Positions 1 to 8,788 of a DNA stretch of 64,000 nucleotides are shown piece after piece. The stretch covers positions 229,134-293,133 of the forward strand of contig JBBDXF010000038.1 in assembly GCA_040902485.1 (NCBI GenBank), in the 5' to 3' direction. The translations under genes and the position numbers were made by a program. The DNA comes from Myxococcota bacterium. GTDB lineage: Bacteria > Myxococcota_A > UBA9160 > SZUA-336. The notes beneath the pieces were generated by a model, which saw only the letters and a program-made list of their open reading frames with translations, searched no databases and had not been told where the DNA came from. The stretch's first letter is position 1. The number at the start of each line of letters is the position of its first letter.

Positions 1-630
1 GTCGCGGTCGGTGGTGGCGTTCACGATCGGACGGACGAGCACGCCCGGGCTGTGCATGTCGATCAACAGGAAGCCGATCCCTTCGTGCTTCCTGGCGGCG
101 GGATCCGTGCGCACCAGGCAGAAGATCCAGTCGCCGTGCGTGCCGTTCGTGGTCCAGATCTTCTGGCCGTTCACGAGCCAGGCGTCGCCGCTGCGCTCGG
201 CGCGCGTCGCCAGGCTCGCGAGGTCCGAGCCCGAGCCCGGCTCGGAGTAGCCCTGCACCCAGATCTCGTCGGCCGACAGGATCTTGGCGAGAAAGCGCTG
301 CTTCTGCCGCTCGCTGCCGAACTCGAGCAGCGCGGGCGCGCACAGCGTGAGGCCCATGGTGTTGGCGAGCGGCGGGGCCTTGGCGCGCTGGAACTCCTCG
401 GCGCGGATCAGCTCGTGCTCGAGCGAGAGCCCCTGGCCGCCGTACTCGCGCGGCCAGCGCAGGCCCATGTAGCCGGCGCGGTACAGCACGCGCTGCCACT
501 CGCGCAGATCGGGGAAGCGCTCCTCCGCGACCTCGAACTGTGTCGCCCAGCGCGCCTCTCGCCACCAGCTCGGAACGTTCGCCTCGAGGAACGAGCGCAG
601 CTTGCCGCGAAACGCCTCGAGCTCCGGCAC
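1..630 (-). CDS. acyl-CoA dehydrogenase, N-terminal and middle domains only; the C-terminal part lies beyond the window's 5' edge
   Basis: Reverse-strand translation gives VPELEAFRGKLRSFLEANVP...GYSEPGSGSDLASL...NGQKIWTTNG, which is typical of the ACAD N-terminal and middle domains. AGGAGG lies 8 nt upstream of a GTG start near 630. This ORF is not in the supplied track because it runs off the edge. Confidence 0.8.
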   Translation of the reverse strand, partial: MPELEAFRGKLRSFLEANVPSWWREARWATQFEVAEERFPDLREWQRVLYRAGYMGLRWPREYGGQGLSLEHELIRAEEFQRAKAPPLANTMGLTLCAPALLEFGSERQKQRFLAKILSADEIWVQGYSEPGSGSDLASLATRAERSGDAWLVNGQKIWTTNGTHGDWIFCLVRTDPAARKHEGIGFLLIDMHSPGVLVRPIVNATTDRD

Positions 631-962
631 GCTAGCGTCCTCCTGTCTCGAGCTCCGGCACCTTGCCCGGGGGATCGAGCCGCGTGTACTCGGCCGAGCT
701 CTGGCCAGCCGGAGGCGTCACGATCTCGACCGACTTCGCGTAGATCGCGATGCGCACGCGCGAGGCGCAGGGTGACACGTTCGTGTCGTAGAGCTTCACG
801 GTCGGATCCTTCTGACGGGGCGTCGAACGGGCGCGCGCGTCGCGCTGGATCGTACACGAACGACGGCGCCGATGGCGCGCCTGACGTCTGCCGACGCGCG
901 TGGCTCGCCGCGTGCGATAGGCCTTCTCAATCCACGGGAATCCGCTTCCGATCGGGAGCGAA

Positions 963-3900
963 ATGCGCATTCCGCTACCCGTGGCGCGAGCCGAAGCTCT
1001 CGCAGTTGCGATCACTGCGATCAGCTGCCTGCAGGCATGGCCCGCCGTCGCGCAAGACGAGCCGCTGGCCGAGGCACCCTCCGAGGCGCAGGCGCTCGCC
1101 GAGACGCCGCGCGTGGCCGTCGCCCCGGCCACCTTCCCCGCCGAGCTCGGCTTCGCGCGCGAGCCGCTCGCGGAGCACGTGCGCATCCTGCTGCGCGAGG
1201 CCGCGGTCGAGGTGGCGCCCGCGGCGCAGCTGCGCACGCGGATCGCGGCGGCCGGCCCGAGCGACGTCGCCACGAGCTGCGCGCTGGTCGCGCTCGCAGC
1301 CGCCGACGGCGCGAGTCCGGTCGTGCTCGCGGACCTGCGCGCGACCGAGCGCGGCATCGACGTCGCGCTGCGCGTCTACGAGCCGACCGCCTGCACGCTC
1401 GAGAGCGCCGCGCGCGCGTCGGGCGGCGCGAAGACGCTCGGAGCCGCGCTCGACGCTTCGCTCGCGCGCGTGCTGCCCGCGCTGGGCGGCTCGGCGGATC
1501 TGCTGCCCGCCGCGAGCCTCGGCCTCTCGCAGCTCGCGGCCGAGAGCCGTGCGCTCGCGCTGCTCGAAGAAGCCGAGCTCGCGCGCGCCTGGCGCGCGCT
1601 CGAGGGCGACACCTCGCTGCTCGCGACCGCGCTGCGCAGCCGGATCGGGGCCATTGCCGCGTCGCGCGAGGCGCCACTGGCCGAGCGCGTGCGCTTGAAC
1701 ACCGCGCGCGGCGAGACGGCGCCGAACGACGTCCTCGCGCGGCAGATCCTGATCCAGGCCGCGCGCGCGCTGGACGGCGAGCCGGCCGACGCGCGGGTGC
1801 TGCTCGCGGCGGGCGAGCTCCAGCTCGGGCGCGGCGAAGCGGGCGAGGCGCGCCGCTATCTCGAGAAGGCCGCGGCGCTCGCGCCCGGCAACCCCGACGT
1901 CCACCAGAACCTGGGCCGTGCGTTCGCGCAGCTGGGCGACGACGTGGGCGCGCGCGCGAGCTTCGAGCGCGCCGCGCAGCTCGAGCCCGACTCCAGCCGC
2001 GCGCTCGAGGAGCTCGCGCAGCTCGAAGCGCACGAGCCGGCGCGCCAGGCTGCCGTGCTGCTGCGCGCCGGCGAACGCGCCGTCGGCGCCTACGACGAGC
2101 GCGCCGCGGAGCGCGCGTTCGCGAAGGTGCTGCTGCTCGATCCGCACAGCGTCCCCGCGGTGAAGGACCGCGCGGCGGTCCTGTACGCGCGCTTCGGCGA
2201 CGCCGAGCGCGCGCGCGCCACCTGGCAGGAGGCGATCGACGCCGGCGGCAGCTCGCCGGCGCGCGTGCTCGGCGCCGCGCAGGCGAGCCACGCGCTCGGC
2301 GATCGGGGCGCGGCCGAGACGGGCTTCCGCACGGCGCTCGAGCTCGACCCGACGAGCGTCGGCGCCGCGCTCGCCTTGGGTACGCTCTACACCGAGATGG
2401 GTCGCTTCGACGAGGCCCGCCCCTGGCTGGAGAAGGCCGTCGCGCTCGCGCCGCGCGATCCCGAGCCCAAGCGCGGGCTGGCCGTCGTGCTGCACCAGGC
2501 GGGCCAGTCGGACGCGGCACTCGAGCTGCTGCGCGCGGCCGAGCGCGCGAACGGCCCGACCACGAGCGTGCTGCGCATGCGCGCGACCATCCTGCGCGCG
2601 GGCGGCGACCCGGCCGGCGCGCTCGCGGTTCTCGAGCGCGCGATCGAGCTCGACCCGGTCGACGCCGGCCTGCGCGCCGAGCTCGCCGAAGCGCACGAGC
2701 TGCTCGGCGATCCGAGCGCGGCGGAGCGCGCGCGCGGCCATGCCACGCTGCTGACGCCGGCCCGTCCGCCGCCCCCGGAGGACGCCGCGACCGCGACCGC
2801 CGAGTCGTCGGGGGCGAGCGCGAGCGAGCTCGGCGACGTCGACGAGCGGCTGGCCGAGCTGATCCAGAGCTTCGTCGCGGTCGAGGCCGACACCGGCCGC
2901 GTCGCGCTGATCGGCGTGCGCGAGCGCAACGACTTCCTGGAGAATCCGCTGGCGTGCCTGAAGGCGCCGCTTCAGTGCCTGAAGCCGCGCGTTCCGAACC
3001 GCGACGCGCTCGATCGCGCGCTCGGTCGGGCGATCGGCGGCCAGTACGCGCTGATCCCGCGCGGCGAGATCGAAGAGGGCATGAAGAACAGCGCGAACCG
3101 CTCGCTGATCGCGGGGCTGCTCGCCTTCGAGCGCCAGGACTCGCTCGACGCGAACGCGCTGAGCGACATGAACCTGGCGCTGGGCAGCGACGCGCTGTTC
3201 CTGGCGCGCATCGAGCGCACGCCCGGCGGCGCCACCGCAGAGTCCGCTTCACGCTGCGGCGGCGAAACGCCCTGGCGGCTCGAGCTGCGCCAGCTCGCGG
3301 GCCGCTCGCCGGTGACGACGAAGATCCTGGGCAACGCGCTCTGCATCGACGCGCGCGGCGAATACTCGCGCTGGAATCGCCTGCTGCTCGGGCTGCTGGG
3401 CGCGGCCGGGCTCGCGCTCGCGTTTCAGCTGGTGCGCGGCTGGGGCAGCGTCTCGGTCACGGTCAACCTGCCGCCGCAGACGCGCGCGCTGTTCAGCATC
3501 AGCCTCTCGCGCCGGCCGCGGAAGGCGCGGGGCGCGAAGAGCCAGAAGAACAAGGAGCGCGCGAAGTCGCTGATCGAGGACGGCTTGCGCCGCTTGAACC
3601 GCTACGAGCGCGCGCTGCGCCAGGGCAGCCCCGTCGACTTCACGTGGATTCCCGCGCGCCGGCGTTCGTACTACGTGACGGTGCGCGGGCCGCTGATCAA
3701 CTCGGCGACCGGCGAGCTGATCGGCGATTTCCTCGAGGAGCAGCTCGTGCGCGTGCGGCGCGGCAAGGCCGAGGGCGTGAAGTTCGACCTGCGCCCGAAG
3801 GAGACGGTGCTCGAGATCACCGTCAGCGGCGCCGACAAGGCGGTCGGCGCGGTCGCGCTGGCGCTGCGCGGCGTGCCCTCGTCGCTGCGCTACGCCAACG

Positions 3901-5657
3901 ACGGCGGCGTATTCCTGTACCTGCAGCCGGGCAAGCACACGCTGCTGGTGGGCGCGGGCGATCGCCTGCTGGAGAAGCTGTTCGAGATCCGCTCCTACGA
4001 CACGATGCGGATGCAGATCGAGATTCCGCGCGTGCAGGAGTGGCTGTTCACGGGTTGCCCCGCGGCGGTCACCGCCTACCTCGAGGGCGACGTGCCGCGC
4101 GCCGCGGACGAGCTCGAGCGCGCGGGCGAGACCAAGGCGGCGAACAAGCTGCGCGCGAGGCTCGTGCGCGCGCAGGGCAAGACGGAGGTCGCGCAGAGCG
4201 CACCCGCCACGCCGAGCGATCCGCGCGCGGCCGCCGAGCTCGCGGAGTCCGCGCGCGATCCGCACAGCGCCGCGGCGCTGTTCGAAGCCGCCGGTGAATT
4301 CGCCGACGCCGCGGACGCGCATCGCGCCGCGGGCGATCTTGCCGCCGCAGCGCGCGCCTACGAGCGCGCGGGCGACCTCGCGAGCGCGATCGAGTGCGCG
4401 CAGCGGATGCCGGACGAGGAGTACCTGCTCGCGCTGTACGAGAAGCACGGCGACTCGTTCGAGGCCGGCGAGCTGGCCAAGCGGGCGCGCCAGACGCTGC
4501 GCGCGATCCACGCCTTCTCGCAGGTCGACCGGATCGACTCGAACTACCGCAAGGCGTGTCAGCGGCTGGTCGAGCTCCACAGCGAGCGCAACCAGTTCGC
4601 GCCCGCGCTCGAGAAGCTCGAGGAGCTGGTCGAGCTCGAGGGCGGCGAGCAGGCGCCGCTGCAGCTGCGCTCGCTGCTCGCGCGTCTGCTCGAGACGCTC
4701 GGCCGCGGCGTGGACGCGCTCACCGTCTGGGAGTCGATCGAGTCGCGCGACGCGGCCTTCCAGGACGCCTCCGCGCGCGTCGCGGGGCTGCGCGCCAAGC
4801 ACCGTCCACAGCCCGCGCCCGCCGCGAGCGCGCCGGCGAGTGCGCCCGCTGCCGGAGAGAGCCGCTACGAGATCCTCGAGGAGCTCGGCCGCGGCGCGAT
4901 GGGCGTGGTGTACAAGGCGCGCGATACGCGGCTCGGCCGCGTGGTCGCGCTGAAGCGCCTGACCGACAACCTGCGCGGCCACCCGACCGCGATCGCCTTC
5001 TTCGAGCGCGAGGCGCGCTCCGCGGCGGCGCTCTCGCACCCGAACATCGTGGTGGTCTACGACGCGGGCCAGGAGAACGGCCACTACTTCATCACCATGG
5101 AGCACCTGCAGGGCACGACGCTCGAGCAGATCCTGAAGCAGCGCGGGGCGATGAGCGCGCAGATCGTCGCTTCACTCGGCGTGCAGGTCTGCGCGGGCCT
5201 GCACTACGCGCACACCAACAAGATCATCCACCGCGACATCAAGACCGCGAACCTGTTCTTCACCCGCGAGCGGATCGTGAAGATCATGGACTTCGGTCTG
5301 GCCAAGATGGTCGAAGAAGTACGCAAGGGCGCGACCATGATCAGCGGCACACCCTACTACATGGCTCCGGAGCAGGCCCTGGGCGAGAACGTCGACCACC
5401 GCGCGGATCTGTACGCGCTCGGCGTCACCTTCTGGAACCTGCTGACCAACGCGTTCCCGTTCGAGACCGGGGACGTGACCTTCCATCACCGCAATACGCC
5501 CGCGCCCGACGTGCGCACGCGCGCGCCCGGCGCGCCCGCCGAGCTGGCTCTGCTCGTCGCGAAGCTGCTGGCCAAGCGGCCCGACGCGCGCTTCCAGAAC
5601 GCGGCGGAAGTCGCGCAGCTGCTGCAGCAGATCGCCGCCGCCGCGCCCGCCCCCTGA
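963..5657 (+). CDS. receptor-type Ser/Thr protein kinase with N-terminal signal peptide and TPR repeats, one TM helix, and a C-terminal Hanks-type kinase domain
   Basis: Signal peptide MRIPLPVARAEALAVAITAISCLQAWPAVAQ. Multiple TPR-like repeats around aa 260–560. Hydrophobic segment LLLGLLGAAGLALAFQLV near aa 815. Kinase motifs YEILEELGRGAMGVVYKA...ALKRL, HRDIKTANLFF, DFGLAK and APE lie in the last ~300 aa. Confidence 0.9.
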   Translation: MRIPLPVARAEALAVAITAISCLQAWPAVAQDEPLAEAPSEAQALAETPRVAVAPATFPAELGFAREPLAEHVRILLREAAVEVAPAAQLRTRIAAAGPSDVATSCALVALAAADGASPVVLADLRATERGIDVALRVYEPTACTLESAARASGGAKTLGAALDASLARVLPALGGSADLLPAASLGLSQLAAESRALALLEEAELARAWRALEGDTSLLATALRSRIGAIAASREAPLAERVRLNTARGETAPNDVLARQILIQAARALDGEPADARVLLAAGELQLGRGEAGEARRYLEKAAALAPGNPDVHQNLGRAFAQLGDDVGARASFERAAQLEPDSSRALEELAQLEAHEPARQAAVLLRAGERAVGAYDERAAERAFAKVLLLDPHSVPAVKDRAAVLYARFGDAERARATWQEAIDAGGSSPARVLGAAQASHALGDRGAAETGFRTALELDPTSVGAALALGTLYTEMGRFDEARPWLEKAVALAPRDPEPKRGLAVVLHQAGQSDAALELLRAAERANGPTTSVLRMRATILRAGGDPAGALAVLERAIELDPVDAGLRAELAEAHELLGDPSAAERARGHATLLTPARPPPPEDAATATAESSGASASELGDVDERLAELIQSFVAVEADTGRVALIGVRERNDFLENPLACLKAPLQCLKPRVPNRDALDRALGRAIGGQYALIPRGEIEEGMKNSANRSLIAGLLAFERQDSLDANALSDMNLALGSDALFLARIERTPGGATAESASRCGGETPWRLELRQLAGRSPVTTKILGNALCIDARGEYSRWNRLLLGLLGAAGLALAFQLVRGWGSVSVTVNLPPQTRALFSISLSRRPRKARGAKSQKNKERAKSLIEDGLRRLNRYERALRQGSPVDFTWIPARRRSYYVTVRGPLINSATGELIGDFLEEQLVRVRRGKAEGVKFDLRPKETVLEITVSGADKAVGAVALALRGVPSSLRYANDGGVFLYLQPGKHTLLVGAGDRLLEKLFEIRSYDTMRMQIEIPRVQEWLFTGCPAAVTAYLEGDVPRAADELERAGETKAANKLRARLVRAQGKTEVAQSAPATPSDPRAAAELAESARDPHSAAALFEAAGEFADAADAHRAAGDLAAAARAYERAGDLASAIECAQRMPDEEYLLALYEKHGDSFEAGELAKRARQTLRAIHAFSQVDRIDSNYRKACQRLVELHSERNQFAPALEKLEELVELEGGEQAPLQLRSLLARLLETLGRGVDALTVWESIESRDAAFQDASARVAGLRAKHRPQPAPAASAPASAPAAGESRYEILEELGRGAMGVVYKARDTRLGRVVALKRLTDNLRGHPTAIAFFEREARSAAALSHPNIVVVYDAGQENGHYFITMEHLQGTTLEQILKQRGAMSAQIVASLGVQVCAGLHYAHTNKIIHRDIKTANLFFTRERIVKIMDFGLAKMVEEVRKGATMISGTPYYMAPEQALGENVDHRADLYALGVTFWNLLTNAFPFETGDVTFHHRNTPAPDVRTRAPGAPAELALLVAKLLAKRPDARFQNAAEVAQLLQQIAAAAPAP

Positions 5658-5676
5658 CGCGGGCGCTTCGCGCGCG

Positions 5677-7392
5677 TCAGCCTCGCGGCGCCAGGTCGAG
5701 GGCGCGCAGCCGGCGCAGCAGGCCCGCGGGCAGCGCGAGGTTCGCCGCGCGATCCGTCACCAGGCAGACGACGTTCGGTCCGGGCGCGAGCCGCGCGGAG
5801 TGCAGCGCGGGCTCGAGCTGATCGAGCGCGCTCGCGCACACGCCGCGGCAGCCCAGGCCCTCCGCGATGATGTCCCAGCGCACGACCTCCGACTCGCCGT
5901 CGAAGGCGATGTCGCGCTTCGCGCGGCCGTGCTGCGCGTCGGACGTCGAAGCGCGCTCGGCGAACACGATGGTCGTCACCTTCAAGCCCTCGCGCGCGGC
6001 GGTCTGCATCTCCATGAAGCTCTGCTCCGCGGCGTCCTCGCTGGTCACGCACACGACCTCGCGCCCGGGGTCGGCGAGCTTGGCGCCGATCGCGACCGGG
6101 ATGCCCGAGCCGAGCACGCCGTGGCGGTCGACACAGCGGTGGTACGAGCGCGCGCGCGTCGGCGGCAGCGCCCAGTGCGCCCACAGTGCGGTGTGCACCC
6201 CGTCGACGGCGTAGATCGTGTCGGGCCCGAACACGCGGCCGATCTCCAGGATCGCCCTGCGCGGATGGATGTCCGGTCCGCTGGCGCGGTCGAGCGCCGC
6301 GAACTGCTCCGCGCGCCAGGCGCGCGCGGCGGCCGCGTAGCGCGCCAGGTCGTTCGAGTCGGCGCCGTGCACGCGCCGCGCGCGCAGCAACCCGAGCAGC
6401 TCGCCGAGACCCGTGCGCGCGTCCGCCGCGATGTCGAGCGCGAGCGGTCGCGTGCCGCCCAGACTGCGCGGCGAGGCGCCGATCTGGATCCACGACTGGC
6501 GCGCGCCGTCGCTCGTGTCCTCGTCCAGGACCGGATCGAGATCGCCCATCGGCGAGCCCACGACCAGCACGACGTCGGCCTCGCGCAGCGCCGCCTGCGC
6601 GCCGCTGCTGAAGCCGCACAGCGCGTGCGGGTGGTCGAGTGGAAACGCGGAGCGGCCGCCCAGGGTCGTGACGATCGGACAGGCGAGCCGCTCCACGAGC
6701 TCGAACAGCGCGGCGTTCGCGCCGTCTCGGTCGACGCCGCCGCCGGCGACGACGAGCGGTCGCTCCGCGCGCGCGAGCATCTGCGCGGCCTGCTCGAGCC
6801 GGGCGCGCACCGGCTCCGCCTGCGCGGGTCGCTGCGGAATCGACGACGCGAACGACTCGTCGCGCGGGTTGCCCAGCTCGTTCAGCGCAGCTTGCGACAG
6901 CTCCAAAAGAACCGGCCCGGGTCGGCCGAGCGTGAGCTCCTGGAAGACGCGGTGCACGAGCTCGGGAATGCGCTCGCGCTCGCGCACCGATGCGCTCCAC
7001 TTCACGGCCAGCCGGTACAGGTCGAGCGGGTCCTGACCCGCGAACGCGGCCGAGGCGGCCGGCATCACCGAGTCGCGGCGTTGCTCGGACGTGATCACCA
7101 CGACCGGTATGCCGCCGCGCTGCGCGCCGACGACGCCGGGCAGCAGGTTCGCCGAGCCGGAGCCGGGGCGTCCGATCACCGCCGCCACCTGCCCGCTCGT
7201 GCGGTACAGACCCTCCGCGAGCTGAGCCGCGGCGGCCCCGCTCCGCACCGGCACGAAGCGCATGCGATTCGCGTCGAGCGATTCGAGCAGGGGCGCGAGC
7301 TCGGGCGCGGGCAGCCCCGCGACCAGCCGCACGCCCTCGTTGGCCAAGCAGTGCGCGAGCAGCGCCCCGCCGCTGATCTCGGACCCGCTCAA
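5677..7392 (-). CDS. thiamine-pyrophosphate enzyme family protein (acetolactate-synthase/benzoylformate-decarboxylase-like), possibly catalytically degenerate
   Basis: Full-length similarity to TPP enzymes (SGSEISGGALLAHCLANEGVRLVAGLP...GRPGPVLLELS...). The canonical HEQ catalytic segment reads VRSGAAAAQLAEGLYR. The GDG(x25)NN motif reads TSEDAA...FAERA. Start assigned to a TTG that overlaps the stop of the upstream small ORF; the start is uncertain. Confidence 0.7.
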   Translation of the reverse strand: MSGSEISGGALLAHCLANEGVRLVAGLPAPELAPLLESLDANRMRFVPVRSGAAAAQLAEGLYRTSGQVAAVIGRPGSGSANLLPGVVGAQRGGIPVVVITSEQRRDSVMPAASAAFAGQDPLDLYRLAVKWSASVRERERIPELVHRVFQELTLGRPGPVLLELSQAALNELGNPRDESFASSIPQRPAQAEPVRARLEQAAQMLARAERPLVVAGGGVDRDGANAALFELVERLACPIVTTLGGRSAFPLDHPHALCGFSSGAQAALREADVVLVVGSPMGDLDPVLDEDTSDGARQSWIQIGASPRSLGGTRPLALDIAADARTGLGELLGLLRARRVHGADSNDLARYAAAARAWRAEQFAALDRASGPDIHPRRAILEIGRVFGPDTIYAVDGVHTALWAHWALPPTRARSYHRCVDRHGVLGSGIPVAIGAKLADPGREVVCVTSEDAAEQSFMEMQTAAREGLKVTTIVFAERASTSDAQHGRAKRDIAFDGESEVVRWDIIAEGLGCRGVCASALDQLEPALHSARLAPGPNVVCLVTDRAANLALPAGLLRRLRALDLAPRG

Positions 7393-7607
7393 TGTACGAC
7401 TCTCGCCGTGCGGGCGCCGGCGCGCTTGCACGGCTCTTCGAGTCCCGCGACGAGGCCGCGTGCGGGCTCGGCTGCGACGCCTTCCGGTGTCACTCCGTCG
7501 GCGACCGGGTCGAGCTCGAACGGGGTTGCCAGACTCGCCAGGTGGCCGGTCTGGGTTGGTGACTCGAGGGCGAGGAAGTTCGCCTCGAGCGGCTTCTGCT
7601 GTTTCAT
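7389..7607 (-). CDS. small hypothetical protein (72 aa)
   Basis: ATG..TGA ORF encoding MKQQKPLEANFLALESPTQTGHLASLATPFELDPVADGVTPEGVAAEPARGLVAGLEEPCKRAGARTARVVH. Its stop overlaps the TTG start of the TPP-family gene. Weak RBS. Coding status not certain. Confidence 0.35.
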   Translation of the reverse strand: MKQQKPLEANFLALESPTQTGHLASLATPFELDPVADGVTPEGVAAEPARGLVAGLEEPCKRAGARTARVVH

Positions 7608-7767
7608 CGGACCTGCTTCGCTTTGGTTTCTTGCGGTCGGGCGGGACCATCGGCCTCCGGGCTCGTTCGCGCTTGATCTTCCACGACAATCGCTTGACAC
7701 TCGGCGCCAACGGTCGGAGGACACGGCGACGCACGTCCCGCGGATTCGAGTCGGGGGCGCGGCAGGG

Positions 7768-8769
7768 GTGCTCGAGGCCATCGCCAAGCGCGGCGGCTCG
7801 GTCGCGAGCGTCTTGCGCAAGGCCGGACTGCGCCAGCGCGACCTCGCCGACCCCGAGCACTTCGTCGACCTCGAGAAGATGCTCGTGCTGCAAGACGAGG
7901 CCGCGCGCGAGGTCGGCGACGATACGCTCGGTCTGACCCTCGCCCTCACCTACAACCCGAGCCGTCTCGGCGTGCTCGCCTATGCGCTGTTCAATGCGCC
8001 CACGGTCGGCGTGGCGCTGCACAACCTCGAGCGCTACGCGCACACGCTGCTGCACGGCGTGCGGGTCGTGATCGAGATGCGCGGCTCGGAGTGCGTGTCC
8101 GGCTACGACATCCCGGTGGGCGACCGCGAGCTGCGGCGCCAGAACGCGGAGGGCGCGAGCGTGGTCGCGTTCGAGGTGATGCGCCGCCTGATCGGCCCCG
8201 ACTGGCGGCCCAAGCGCGTGGAGTTCGGCCACCGCCGGCCCGCCGACACGACCCAACACAGTCGCGTGTTCGGCGCCCCGCTGCGCTTCGAAGCCGAGCA
8301 CAGCTTCGCGCTGGTCTACGACCGGTCCGACGTCGATCGGGCGGTGCAGGGCGCGGACGCGGGGATCCTGCCGATCGTGCAGCGCTACCTGGACGAGCTC
8401 CCCGCGCCCGCGGCTCGCTCCGACGCCTGGCCTCGCGAGGTCCGCGCGCTGATCGCGCGCGACATCTGCAACGGTCACCCCGACATGGAGCGGATCGCGC
8501 GCGCGCTCGGCCTCAGCGGACGCACGCTGCAGCGCCGTCTGGCCGAGCGTGGGTTGGTCTGGAAGACGATGGTCGAGGAGGTCCGCCGCGAGCTCGCGCT
8601 CCGCTACCTGAAGGACGTGAGCACGTCGCTGACCGAGGTCGCCTTCCTGCTCGGCTACTCCGATCTCTCGGCGTTCGGTCGCGCCTTCCGCCGCTGGACG
8701 GGCACGACCCCGGCGGCGCAGCGCCGACGCCTGCGCTCCGAAGCGAGCGGCGCCGCGACTGTGGTATGA
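7768..8769 (+). CDS. AraC-family transcriptional regulator
   Basis: C-terminal HTH_AraC signature (ICNGHPDMERIARALGLSGRTLQRRLAERG...LTEVAFLLGYSDLSAFGRAFRRWTGTTP). N-terminal AraC-binding-like domain. GTG start chosen downstream of a GGAGGA; an ATT or other upstream start is possible. Confidence 0.8.
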   Translation: MLEAIAKRGGSVASVLRKAGLRQRDLADPEHFVDLEKMLVLQDEAAREVGDDTLGLTLALTYNPSRLGVLAYALFNAPTVGVALHNLERYAHTLLHGVRVVIEMRGSECVSGYDIPVGDRELRRQNAEGASVVAFEVMRRLIGPDWRPKRVEFGHRRPADTTQHSRVFGAPLRFEAEHSFALVYDRSDVDRAVQGADAGILPIVQRYLDELPAPAARSDAWPREVRALIARDICNGHPDMERIARALGLSGRTLQRRLAERGLVWKTMVEEVRRELALRYLKDVSTSLTEVAFLLGYSDLSAFGRAFRRWTGTTPAAQRRRLRSEASGAATVV

Positions 8770-8788
8770 GACTCCGCGAGGAGAATCC

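Noticed and set aside
52-5105. Many long overlapping ORFs in all frames across the kinase gene (for example 52..1698, 872..4297, 975..2741, 1021..3252, 3249..5105).
   Set aside because: In ~70% GC DNA, stop codons are rare in every frame. These ORFs translate to low-complexity Arg/Ala/Pro-rich sequence with no domain signatures. Only the 963..5657 frame gives TPR repeats plus a canonical kinase domain.
5800-8769. A 989-aa plus-strand ORF spanning the TPP-enzyme region and the AraC gene.
   Set aside because: The first ~650 codons are antisense to the clearly recognisable TPP-family gene and are low-complexity. Only the last ~330 aa (AraC) are real. Start reassigned to ~7768.
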